Source of the DNA: Planctomycetota bacterium
GTDB taxonomy: Bacteria; Planctomycetota; UBA1135; JACQFD01
Direction: 5' to 3'
Assembly (NCBI GenBank): GCA_016792805.1
Contig: JAEUHX010000076.1
Location: 29,541-93,540, forward strand
Length of the DNA stretch: 64,000 nucleotides
The number at the start of each line of letters is the position of its first letter. The first letter of the stretch is position 1. A program made the position numbers and the translations under genes. Below the pieces are notes generated by a model. The model was not told the DNA's origin. It worked only from the letters and a program-made list of their open reading frames with translations, and made no database searches. Below are positions 16,568 to 25,159 of this stretch, in pieces.

Positions 16568-18817
16568 ATGCGCATCGCCGCTCTCGGCGGCTTCGCCGCC
16601 GCGTTCTTTTGTTTCGTTGCACCGGCATCGGCACAACTGCTTTCAGTGTCCACCGATGTCCCAAAGGCGATCCCCGACAATAACCCGGCTGGGATCCAGT
16701 CGTCTCTGACGGTCGGCGCGCCCGGCGCCTTCATCGGCGCGATCTACGTCGAAGTAGACATCACGCACACTTATCAGGGAGATCTTGGAGTTCAACTCGT
16801 GCACCCCGACGGGACGGTGGTTGCGCTGCACTCCAACACCGGCGGAAGCGCGGACAACGTGCAAGAGGTGTTCAAGGTGACCTCTCTGTCGGGGAAGCCC
16901 GCCTCCGGTGCTTGGACGCTTCGTGTGCAGGACACTGCCAACATTGACATCGGCACGCTCAACGCATGGTCCCTTGCATTTGTCGGTTCGGTTACCGAGG
17001 TCTCATCGACCGACGTGCCGAAGTCGATACCTGACAATAATCCGACGGGAGCGACGTCGCTCACGACGATCAATCTCCCCGCGCAGCAGCTTGCTGCCGT
17101 CTACTGCCGAGTCGATATCACCCATACCTACATCGGCGATCTTAATATTACGCTCACCCATCCGGGAGGCCCTGTCGCGAGTCTGTGGGCCAATCAGGGT
17201 GGGGGTGTGGACAATCTGCACAAGATTTTCGACGTAACGTCGCAATTCGGCGCGCTGAGTGCGAACGGAACGTGGTCGCTCTCTGTGATCGACAGCGCAA
17301 ACATCGACATCGGAACGATCGACAACTGGACGCTGATTTTCCTCTACTCGGCGACGGTCGAACTCGGTCCGCCGCAATATGTGAGCGTCGGTGACGGGCC
17401 CACCTCGGTGGCCGCAGGCGATATCAATCATGACGGTCTCCTCGACCTCGTGACGGCTAACACGATCAGCAACACCGTGTCGGTGTCTTTCCAGGGGCCG
17501 GCTGGCGTCTTCGCCGCGGGCGGCGCCGGAGTTCCCGTCGGTGCGTCGCCGCGCTCGGCGCTGACGGCCGATTTCACCTCCGACACGTTCGGCGAAATTG
17601 TGGTCGTCTCCTCCGATGCCCACAGTGCCACCGTGCTGCAATCGGTGGGTCCGTTCTTTCTTCCGACGACGGTGCTGCTCGGAGCGGGCACAGCGCCCTT
17701 CGATGTCGTGGCGGCGGACTTCAATCTCGACGGGAACCTTGATTTCGCATCCGCCAACAAGAATACGGGCACAATCACACGAGTCTTCGGCGGCGGCGCC
17801 GCCCATACCTATTCGCCGCAGCCGCAGATCGGTGCCGGCGGCTCGGGCACGGTCGATCTCTCCGTCGGAGACCTGAACCTCGACGGCGCGCCCGACCTCG
17901 TGGCCGCGAATTTCTCGGGCGTGTCGATCGGCGCGTTGCTGAACTCGGGCACAGGCGCGTTTGCTCCTGCAGTTTCTGTGAGCACTTCCACTCCGGGGCC
18001 GAGCAGCGTAGAGGCTGCCGACATGAATGGAGACTCGCTGCTGGATCTCGTGACAATGAATGGAGGCATTCCGACCATTCATTTCGGAGCAGGCGCGACG
18101 GCCTTCGGCCCGGCGACCACAGTTCCAACCACGGCGAGCGGATTCAAGTGTGGTGCCGTCGATCTCAATGGCGACGGCTACCTTGATATGCCCATCGTCG
18201 ATCCGCTTGGCACAGTAAACGTGCTTATGGGCGTCGGCGGCGCGGTGTTCACTTCGGGCACCCAGATCCTGACTGGCGGGCTGGTCTCGGACGTGCTCGC
18301 CGCGGACCTCAACAGCGATGGGTTCATTGATATCGCTCTGGCGCAGCCGATGGGCGGTGGCAACGATCGCGTTTCAATTGCGCTTAATCAAACTGTTGCA
18401 ACCCGCGTGGGCGATTTCGGCACCGGCTCGTTCGGCTGCGGAGGCATGCTGGGCTTCGGCAGCAATTCCATCCCGGCAGTGGGAAACGGCGCCCTGAAAT
18501 TCGTGGCAACGAACGCTCCTGCGAACTCCCTCGGCGTCTGTATCATCACGGACGCTGCGGATATCCCCGGCAGCGACCAGCTTTTCTTGAACTTGCTGCT
18601 GCACGTCAATCTGTTTGCTTCGACGTCGATCTACGCGTTTGACATGCCGAGCGATCGCAACGGCACGGCAATCGTTCCGGTGCCGCTGCCGAGCGATCCG
18701 CTGCTCATCAACGCGCTGTTCTTTGGGCAGGCGATCTTCGTGGAGCCCGCCGCCTGCAGCGGCGCGCTTGTTGGATTGGTGAGCACGCGCGGCGGATCGA
18801 TTGTGATCCAGCCGTAG
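16568..18817 (+). CDS. Secreted protein with two proprotein-convertase P domains, FG-GAP repeats and the recurrent C-terminal domain
   Basis: The signal peptide MRIAALGGFAAAFFCFVAPASAQ starts at ATG 16568. Two P-domain blocks are present (VDITHTYQGDLGVQLVHPDGTVVAL; VDITHTYIGDLNITLTHPGGPVASL). FG-GAP loops include GDINHDGLLDL, DFNLDGNLDF, DLNLDGAPDL, DMNGDSLLDL, DLNGDGYLDM and DLNSDGFIDI. The tail is ...VPLPSDPLLINALFFGQAIF.... Confidence 0.85.
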   Translation: MRIAALGGFAAAFFCFVAPASAQLLSVSTDVPKAIPDNNPAGIQSSLTVGAPGAFIGAIYVEVDITHTYQGDLGVQLVHPDGTVVALHSNTGGSADNVQEVFKVTSLSGKPASGAWTLRVQDTANIDIGTLNAWSLAFVGSVTEVSSTDVPKSIPDNNPTGATSLTTINLPAQQLAAVYCRVDITHTYIGDLNITLTHPGGPVASLWANQGGGVDNLHKIFDVTSQFGALSANGTWSLSVIDSANIDIGTIDNWTLIFLYSATVELGPPQYVSVGDGPTSVAAGDINHDGLLDLVTANTISNTVSVSFQGPAGVFAAGGAGVPVGASPRSALTADFTSDTFGEIVVVSSDAHSATVLQSVGPFFLPTTVLLGAGTAPFDVVAADFNLDGNLDFASANKNTGTITRVFGGGAAHTYSPQPQIGAGGSGTVDLSVGDLNLDGAPDLVAANFSGVSIGALLNSGTGAFAPAVSVSTSTPGPSSVEAADMNGDSLLDLVTMNGGIPTIHFGAGATAFGPATTVPTTASGFKCGAVDLNGDGYLDMPIVDPLGTVNVLMGVGGAVFTSGTQILTGGLVSDVLAADLNSDGFIDIALAQPMGGGNDRVSIALNQTVATRVGDFGTGSFGCGGMLGFGSNSIPAVGNGALKFVATNAPANSLGVCIITDAADIPGSDQLFLNLLLHVNLFASTSIYAFDMPSDRNGTAIVPVPLPSDPLLINALFFGQAIFVEPAACSGALVGLVSTRGGSIVIQP

Positions 18818-18843
18818 CGCTGAGGGCGTGAGCTGTAGCGAGG

Positions 18844-18870
18844 GACGTCCGTGCGAGGAGCGCGGACGTC
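18844..18870. terminator. GC-rich hairpin between convergent genes (possible bidirectional terminator)
   Basis: An 8-bp stem gacgtccg/cggacgtc (18844-18851 and 18863-18870) encloses an 11-nt loop. It has no clear U tract, hence the low confidence. Confidence 0.3.
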
Positions 18871-18908
18871 TCTCGCGACGCCGCTTTCGCTCCTCGGGTG
18901 AGGCCTCG

Positions 18909-19823
18909 CTACCCGAGGCCCTGCCCGAGCCCCGAAGGCGCGCGGCGCTTGCCGACAAAAAGCGCCAGCACCGCCAAAGAGAGAACATAGGGAAGCGCGC
19001 GAAACGCCTCTGGCGCCACGTTCCAGCCTGCGGCCGCAAAGCCGTACTGTGCCGCGAGGGCGCCGCCGAAGAGCAGGGCCGCAGAGCCCACCCACCCGGG
19101 CCGGTGATTTCCAAAGATCACCAATGCCAATGCTAAGAAACCGCGGCCGGCCGTCATTCCTTCTACGAAAGTCCGAGTGTCGGCAATCGAGAGGCATGCG
19201 CCGCCTGCGCCCGCGAGTGCCCCACAAATTCCGAGCGCGCGCGCTCGGACGGAGATCGTAGCAATTCCGAGCGACGCCGCCGCGAGCGGTGACTCGCCGG
19301 CAGCACGCCAACGAAGCCCTGCTGACGTGCGGAAAAGGAAGATCCCCGCAGCCGGAACGACCAGGATCAGCGCATATGTGATCGCGTGGTGTTGGAAGAG
19401 TACAGTCCCGAGGAAAGGAATCTCACTCAGCAGCGGAACCGTCAGCGGCTCAAGGCCGGGAGCCCGCACATCGCCTCCAGCCCGGGAGAGCGCTGCCCGC
19501 CAGGCGACCGCGGTCCCGCCCGCAGCCAGCAGGTTCATCGCGGTCCCGGCAATCACATCGTCGGCTCGAAGCTTGAGAGTCAAGAATGCGAATAGAAGCG
19601 CGAAAATTGACCCTGCGGCGATACCACAGAAAACTCCCACAGCAGCCGAGCCCGAAGCGTGGGCGCCAAGCACCGCGCCGAGGGCGCCGACCAGCATGGC
19701 TCCCTCGAGCCCGAGAAAGAGAACGCCGGTCGACTCCACAATGGTCTCCCCGACGGCGGCAAGCGCGATCGGCGTCGCCAGCGCCACCGCCAAGTGCGCG
19801 GGCTGCTCGAGCGGGAGGCTCAT
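18909..19823 (-). CDS. ABC transporter permease (BMP/nucleoside-sugar type)
   Basis: The product is polytopic and hydrophobic. An ATGA start/stop overlap with the upstream permease lies at 19820-19823. It is the last gene of a binding protein-ATPase-permease-permease operon. Confidence 0.8.
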   Translation of the reverse strand: MSLPLEQPAHLAVALATPIALAAVGETIVESTGVLFLGLEGAMLVGALGAVLGAHASGSAAVGVFCGIAAGSIFALLFAFLTLKLRADDVIAGTAMNLLAAGGTAVAWRAALSRAGGDVRAPGLEPLTVPLLSEIPFLGTVLFQHHAITYALILVVPAAGIFLFRTSAGLRWRAAGESPLAAASLGIATISVRARALGICGALAGAGGACLSIADTRTFVEGMTAGRGFLALALVIFGNHRPGWVGSAALLFGGALAAQYGFAAAGWNVAPEAFRALPYVLSLAVLALFVGKRRAPSGLGQGLG

Positions 19824-20881
19824 GCGGGCTCCTCCGCGGCACTCTCTGCCGTGGCGCCGCTGCGGCTCGCGCGCTTGGCCGCGAAGTCAGCCGCCAGCAA
19901 GCCCATGAGCGCTGTGGCTTCAATGACCTGCGCCACCGCGGCAGAGACGCCCGCGGAGCGCTGCATCTCCGCCGCCGAGGACTCCAGTGCGCCGAAGACG
20001 ATCGCCGCGGCCACGATTCCGAGGGGATGGAGGCGCCCGAGTAGCGCCACGGCGATCGCAACATATCCGATTCCCCCCGAGAGATCGCCGTAGAGCCTTC
20101 CCGTGAGGCCTGCAACTTCGACGCCTCCCGCCGTGCCCGCAAGGGCGCCCGACATCGACGTGGCGAAGAAGGCTACTTTTGCCGGCTCGAACCCCGCGAA
20201 CCGAGCGGCTTGGACCCCGAGCCCGACCGCGCGCAGCCGCAGCCCGAGCGCCGTTCGGAAAAGTAATAGATAGCAGCACCCCGCGGCCGCGAGGGCCAAC
20301 AGAAATCCTGCGTGAAGGCGCGTCGGAGGCGCGAGCTGCGGCAGCATGGCTTCGGCAGCAATGCGGTCGCTCTGAGGATAGGCGCGTGCGGCCTCCTGCA
20401 GCGGGCCGCGGACGAGCCAGGATGAAAGATTCAGCAATACGAAGTTCAACAAAATTGTCGAGAGGACCTCGGGCACTGAGCGTCGGTAGCGCAGCCACGC
20501 GGCCACGGACGCCGCGGCAGCGCCGCCGCAGGCGGCAGCCGCGAGCGTCGCCGCCGCTGCGATCGGAGCCGGGACGCCGCCCATGTGCAGTCCAACGGCG
20601 ACGGCTGCTGCAGCGCCCGCCATGATCTGACCCTCGGCGCCAATATTGAGGACTCCGGCGCGGAACCCGAGCGCCACCGCCAGCCCCGCGAGGAGCAGCG
20701 GAGTCGCTCGCGTCAGGGTTTCCCCGACTGCATATAGATCGCCGAAAGCGCCGCGCACGACGGCGGCGAGCACATCGCCGGGGTCGGCGCCAGCGGCAAA
20801 GAGCACAGAGGATCCCGCCGCCACAGCCGCCAGAAGAGCGGCGACAGCCGTCCATCCGGGCTGGAGTTGAGTGATCTTCAC
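19820..20881 (-). CDS. ABC transporter permease (BMP/nucleoside-sugar type)
   Basis: I place the start at GTG 20881 (VKITQLQPGWTAVAALLAAVAAG), which overlaps the ATPase TGA (GTGA). The track start at 21286 is an Arg-rich extension inside the ATPase gene. The product is polytopic. Confidence 0.8.
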   Translation of the reverse strand: MKITQLQPGWTAVAALLAAVAAGSSVLFAAGADPGDVLAAVVRGAFGDLYAVGETLTRATPLLLAGLAVALGFRAGVLNIGAEGQIMAGAAAAVAVGLHMGGVPAPIAAAATLAAAACGGAAAASVAAWLRYRRSVPEVLSTILLNFVLLNLSSWLVRGPLQEAARAYPQSDRIAAEAMLPQLAPPTRLHAGFLLALAAAGCCYLLLFRTALGLRLRAVGLGVQAARFAGFEPAKVAFFATSMSGALAGTAGGVEVAGLTGRLYGDLSGGIGYVAIAVALLGRLHPLGIVAAAIVFGALESSAAEMQRSAGVSAAVAQVIEATALMGLLAADFAAKRASRSGATAESAAEEPA

Positions 20882-22347
20882 TCGAACTCTCCGCCCGCCA
20901 TGGCGGTGCCGATGGCCGCGATCGCCCTTTCGTCGAGGGGAGCCTCGAACGGGCCGCGGGCCTTCCCTCGGCTCAGCACGAAGACCCGGTGGGCAAGGGC
21001 CGCAATTTCGTCCAAGTCGGGCGACACGAGGACGACGCCACCGCCGTTGCCGGCGAATTGTAGGATCTCCCGATGGACCGATGCCGCAGCGTCGACGTCG
21101 AGCCCGCGCGTCGGGTTCGCTGCGATGAGCACCGAGGGCTGCCTTGCGAGGGCGCGCGCGATCACGATTTTTTGTTGGTTCCCGCCGGAAAGCTCCCGCG
21201 CAGCTGCGTCGGGCCCGGGGGCTCGGATCGCGAATCTTGAGATCGCCGCAGCCGCCGCATCGCGGAGGGCGCTCGGGGGAAGCCATCCGCGCGGTGCAGC
21301 CCTGTCGAGAAGGATGCGGTCGAGGTGGAGATTCTCACCCATCGAGAAGCCGGCCAGTAGCCCTTCGGCGCGCCGGTCGGGAGGAATGGCGGCTACCCCA
21401 TGCGTGCGATCGCATCGAACGGAGCCCGCGAAGCTGCGCAGGCCTACGAGGGCCTCCACGAGCTCCTGCTGTCCGTTGCCGTCAACGCCACAGAAGCCGA
21501 CGATCTCGCCGCTGCAGACATGAAATGTCATGGAGTCGAGTGGCACCCCGGCGCCCTCCCGGGCCGTGGTGAGCTGTTGCACCTCCAACAGCACCTTTCG
21601 TTGGGCAGGTGCCGGTGGGCGCTTTGGTGACTCGACGGCGTGGCCAACCATGGCGCGGGAGAGCTCGGCTGGATCGGCACCTTCTGTGATGAGTTCCTTG
21701 ACGAGCCGGCCACGGCGCAGCACGGCCACGCGTGTGCACGCTTCGATCACCTCGTGGAGCTTGTGATCAACAAGCACCACGGCGACTCCCGACTCGCGCA
21801 GCCGGCGCACAACCGCCAGCAAATCGCTCACTTCGGCAGGTGTCAGCACCGCCGTCGGCTCATCCAGAAGTAAGCATCGCGTGGGGCGGGAGAGAGCTTT
21901 CAGAATCTCGACCCGCTGGCGAGTGCCGACGCTCAATGATTCGCATGGCGCGTCGGGATCTCCGGGGTCGAGCCCAAGCTCCGCCGCCAAAGCGCAGACG
22001 CGCGCACGCATCTCTGCGCGCCGGGGAAAGGCCGGCAGCCCCGACGCCAACGCAACATTTTCCGCCACCGTGAATCGCCCGATCAGGGAGTCGTGCTGCG
22101 GGACCACTCGGATCCCGAGCGCGGCGGCGTCGCGCGGCTTGCGAATGTGTACGTTCTTCCCTTCCCACTCCAACGTGCCTCCGTCGGGCTGTACAGTTCC
22201 CGAGAGGATCCCGACGAGCGTCGACTTGCCGGCGCCGTTCTCGCCGATCAGCCCCAGCGACGTTCCCGCTTCGAGCGAGAAGGAGACGTCTGCCAGCGCG
22301 GCCCTTCCGTTGTAGGCCTTTCGGAGCGACTGTGCGCGAAGCAGCAT
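20878..22347 (-). CDS. ABC transporter ATP-binding protein with duplicated ATPase domains
   Basis: The Walker A motif is GENGAGKST. Signature motifs are LSVGTRQRVEILKAL and LSGGNQQKIVIARAL. Walker B motifs are LLLDEPT and LIAANPTRGLDV. Confidence 0.9.
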   Translation of the reverse strand: MLLRAQSLRKAYNGRAALADVSFSLEAGTSLGLIGENGAGKSTLVGILSGTVQPDGGTLEWEGKNVHIRKPRDAAALGIRVVPQHDSLIGRFTVAENVALASGLPAFPRRAEMRARVCALAAELGLDPGDPDAPCESLSVGTRQRVEILKALSRPTRCLLLDEPTAVLTPAEVSDLLAVVRRLRESGVAVVLVDHKLHEVIEACTRVAVLRRGRLVKELITEGADPAELSRAMVGHAVESPKRPPAPAQRKVLLEVQQLTTAREGAGVPLDSMTFHVCSGEIVGFCGVDGNGQQELVEALVGLRSFAGSVRCDRTHGVAAIPPDRRAEGLLAGFSMGENLHLDRILLDRAAPRGWLPPSALRDAAAAAISRFAIRAPGPDAAARELSGGNQQKIVIARALARQPSVLIAANPTRGLDVDAAASVHREILQFAGNGGGVVLVSPDLDEIAALAHRVFVLSRGKARGPFEAPLDERAIAAIGTAMAGGEFE

Positions 22348-22420
22348 CTCGTGGGTTCCGGGACGCGTCCGCAGCTTCTGCGCGGCCTGCTGCGGCGCCG
22401 GGGGTAGGGCTCAGCCGCTG

Positions 22421-23416
22421 CTATTGTGCGGAGTAAGGAATCTTCAAGGATCCGGATGCGATCTTCGAATCGAGCTCCTCGACCTGCTTCAGGACCTCCG
22501 CGGGAACCCTCGCCTTCATCGCCGGATTCCAAACAATTCCCACCATGCCTTCCTTGCGGGTCCATTCGATGCGGCGCCCGCGGAATCGCCCTTCCTGGAT
22601 CTCGCGGGCGATTTCCACAAAAGACTTGGGCACGTCGGTGACTGCGCTCGCGACGACGGCTTTGGGAGCCGAACTCGATTGATCTTTGGTGCAGCCGAAG
22701 GCGAAGACACCTTTCTGCTCCGCGGCCTCCAACATCCCGAGGCCGGCGGCGTCGGCGTCGTGGAAAAGAACGTCACAGCCGGCCTCGATGAGCGAGAGAG
22801 TTTGGGCGCGGGCGGCACCGATGTCGTGCCAGTTGCCAACGTAAACCTGGCGAACCTCAAAATTCGGGTTCCCGAGCTTGGCTCCCTGCTCGAATGCATT
22901 AAAAGCGCTTCGAACCGGCGGAATGTCTTCCCCGCCGACGCACCCGGCCTTCCCGGTCTTCGAGAGCGACGCAGCGATCCGGCCGCACAAATACGCGGCA
23001 TCCTCGACGCGCCAGACCATCGACGCAACGTTCTCGGAGTGCACGCCCGGCGCACCGGCGCTCACGAGGAATTTCGTTCCAGGAAACTCTTTGCCGACCT
23101 TCAGCGCCGCGTCGCCGAATTCGAATCCGTGGCCGAAGATGAGCGTGGCGCCCGCCCGAGCGTTGGATCGGTAGCCTTCCTCGAACTCCGACGGATTCTT
23201 GACCTGCTGCTGCGATTTCTTGGCGCCGAGTTCCTTCTCGATCCGCAGAAGCCCTTCATAGGCGCTCGCATTCCAGCCGTTGTCATTAACCGGTCCGGGG
23301 GAGAGCAGCGCCACGTGGAGCTTCGCGGGCGAGTTCGGCGACGAGCCACCGGAGCAGCTCGCCGCCAGCAGGAGCCCGATGCACGCAAGGAAGCGGAAGG
23401 GAGCCATGCGGCGCAT
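22421..23416 (-). CDS. BMP-family (PnrA/Med-like) ABC substrate-binding lipoprotein
   Basis: The lipoprotein signal is MRRMAPFRFLACIGLLLAAS-C. LLSPGPVNDNGWNASAYEGL is typical of Bmp/PnrA proteins. The start could be 23416 or 23407; the track start at 23515 is an extension. Confidence 0.8.
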   Translation of the reverse strand: MRRMAPFRFLACIGLLLAASCSGGSSPNSPAKLHVALLSPGPVNDNGWNASAYEGLLRIEKELGAKKSQQQVKNPSEFEEGYRSNARAGATLIFGHGFEFGDAALKVGKEFPGTKFLVSAGAPGVHSENVASMVWRVEDAAYLCGRIAASLSKTGKAGCVGGEDIPPVRSAFNAFEQGAKLGNPNFEVRQVYVGNWHDIGAARAQTLSLIEAGCDVLFHDADAAGLGMLEAAEQKGVFAFGCTKDQSSSAPKAVVASAVTDVPKSFVEIAREIQEGRFRGRRIEWTRKEGMVGIVWNPAMKARVPAEVLKQVEELDSKIASGSLKIPYSAQ

Positions 23417-23525
23417 GGTAGCGCGGAGTGGGGTGGTTCCCTCATCCTCGCCCGCACACGCCCTCGGAAGCGCCCGCAGAAGCGGCGCGACACGCGCCCT
23501 CCGTCCGTAGGTCACGCTGCGATCG

Positions 23526-24086
23526 TTACTGCACGAGGCCGACAGTCTTGAACTTCAGAGTCATGTTGTCGTCGGTCACCGTGCTCGAGAGGTACAGAGT
23601 GCCCGTCACTTTCGTCGGATTGAACGTGCCCTTGGCGAATGTGGTCTTCGAGACTGCACACATCCGAGCCATCGGATCGGTGTAGGGCGCCTGCGGCATG
23701 AAGCTGTAGGTGCCGAACATGATGCTATTCCCGATCGAGTCCACCTGTCCCGTGAGCTGCATGCCGCCGACGCCGTTCGGATTATCAGCAATAATCCACA
23801 GCTCGCGGCTTACATAGATGAGATAGAAGCTCCCAGTCTGGCTCGGGTCGATATTGAGAAAGTTGCCAACGAAATCGTCTTTCACTCCTCGCAGGATCTC
23901 GGACACGATCTTGTCATTAAACTTTCCCGAGATCGGCTTCACACCCGGATTTAACAGAACTCCCGCCTGCACATTTGTACCCGTGACCGACAGGCGAAAC
24001 ACAGGAGCGCCGCGCAGGCTTGCGCGGGCCGAAGGAAGAAGTGAAAGAAACGCGAGTAGTGCGGTTGCTTTGTAGAGGCTTTTCAC
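23526..24086 (-). CDS. Small secreted hypothetical protein (lower-GC orphan)
   Basis: The signal peptide is MKSLYKATALLAFLSLLPSARA. The rest is beta-rich with no motif I recognise. Lines 23761-23880 count about 48-53% G+C against a much higher background. Confidence 0.6.
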   Translation of the reverse strand: MKSLYKATALLAFLSLLPSARASLRGAPVFRLSVTGTNVQAGVLLNPGVKPISGKFNDKIVSEILRGVKDDFVGNFLNIDPSQTGSFYLIYVSRELWIIADNPNGVGGMQLTGQVDSIGNSIMFGTYSFMPQAPYTDPMARMCAVSKTTFAKGTFNPTKVTGTLYLSSTVTDDNMTLKFKTVGLVQ

Positions 24087-24145
24087 GGTGAGTTCTCCGA
24101 ACAGAGGAGCGAAGCCTCGACGCTATCCGAAGCGTTTTGGCGGCG

Positions 24146-25123
24146 CTACCTCGCCGCGCGGCGCAGGCGATCAGCGACGCCTTCCCAGCGCGCATCCGCT
24201 GGCGGCCGTTCCACCCAGATCTCCGCGGCACCCGCTCGATCGAGACTCCGCAGCACGGCGAAGAGCTCCCGTGCCGCCGCATCCGGGTCCGACGGCATCG
24301 GGCGCCACCGCGCGGGATCCGCCTCGATCGCGAACGGCATCCGTGCGTAGACCGCCACCGACGGTGGGATCGCGTTCTGTTCCCAGGCGCGCCGAAGCGC
24401 GTCCGACTCCATCAGACGTACGCGCGCCCGCGGCGCGTAGTGCGACTCCAGAGTGCCGGGCGCCCGTGGAGCGCCTTCGCCAACCGTGGCGAGCGGTTCT
24501 CCGGCAGCCTCCTCCAGCCGACCGCGATCGATGGTGCCGGGGCGGAGCAGCTGCAGACGCTCCCCGCTGCAGTCCACGATCGCCGACTCGATTCCGACAG
24601 GACAGGGCCCGCCATCGAGCACTGCTAGATCGTCGCCGAGCTCGTCCCGCACGTCGCTCGCCGCCGTCGGACTGATGCGTCCGAAGCGGTTGGCGCTTGG
24701 CGCGGCAATTCCCGGAACTCCAAGGGAGGCCGCCTGAATCAGCAGCGCCCGCGCCACCGGGTGCGCGGGCGATCGAAGGCCGATGGTGCTCTGTCCCGCC
24801 GCCGCGGCATCCGCGACGCCCGGCCTTCTTCGGAGAATCAGCGTCACGGGGCCGGGCCAAGTGTGCCGCACGAGGTTGCGCGCTGCGGGCGGCATCGGCT
24901 GCGCAAAGAACTCGGCGCTCGCCTCATCGAGCACATGCACGATGAGAGGGTGGTCGGCCGGGCGTTTCTTGAGGTCAAAGATCTTTCGGACGGCGCCGTC
25001 CCGATCGGCGCGGGCGCCCAGCCCATAGACCGTCTCCGTGGGGAATGCCACGAGCTCGCCGGAGGCGATGAGCTCTGCCGCTGCTCGGATTGCGGCGGGG
25101 TCGGATCCGGGGAGAGTTGCCAC
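24146..25123 (-). CDS. tsaC: L-threonylcarbamoyladenylate synthase (Sua5/YwlC type, t6A biosynthesis)
   Basis: YrdC-domain motifs are present (LVAFPTETVYGLGA, KKRPADHPLIVHV, SANRFG), together with a C-terminal Sua5 domain. Confidence 0.9.
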   Translation of the reverse strand: MATLPGSDPAAIRAAAELIASGELVAFPTETVYGLGARADRDGAVRKIFDLKKRPADHPLIVHVLDEASAEFFAQPMPPAARNLVRHTWPGPVTLILRRRPGVADAAAAGQSTIGLRSPAHPVARALLIQAASLGVPGIAAPSANRFGRISPTAASDVRDELGDDLAVLDGGPCPVGIESAIVDCSGERLQLLRPGTIDRGRLEEAAGEPLATVGEGAPRAPGTLESHYAPRARVRLMESDALRRAWEQNAIPPSVAVYARMPFAIEADPARWRPMPSDPDAAARELFAVLRSLDRAGAAEIWVERPPADARWEGVADRLRRAAR

Positions 25124-25159
25124 AGAAGTGCGCCACGATCGATCGCAGCGCCATACAAG

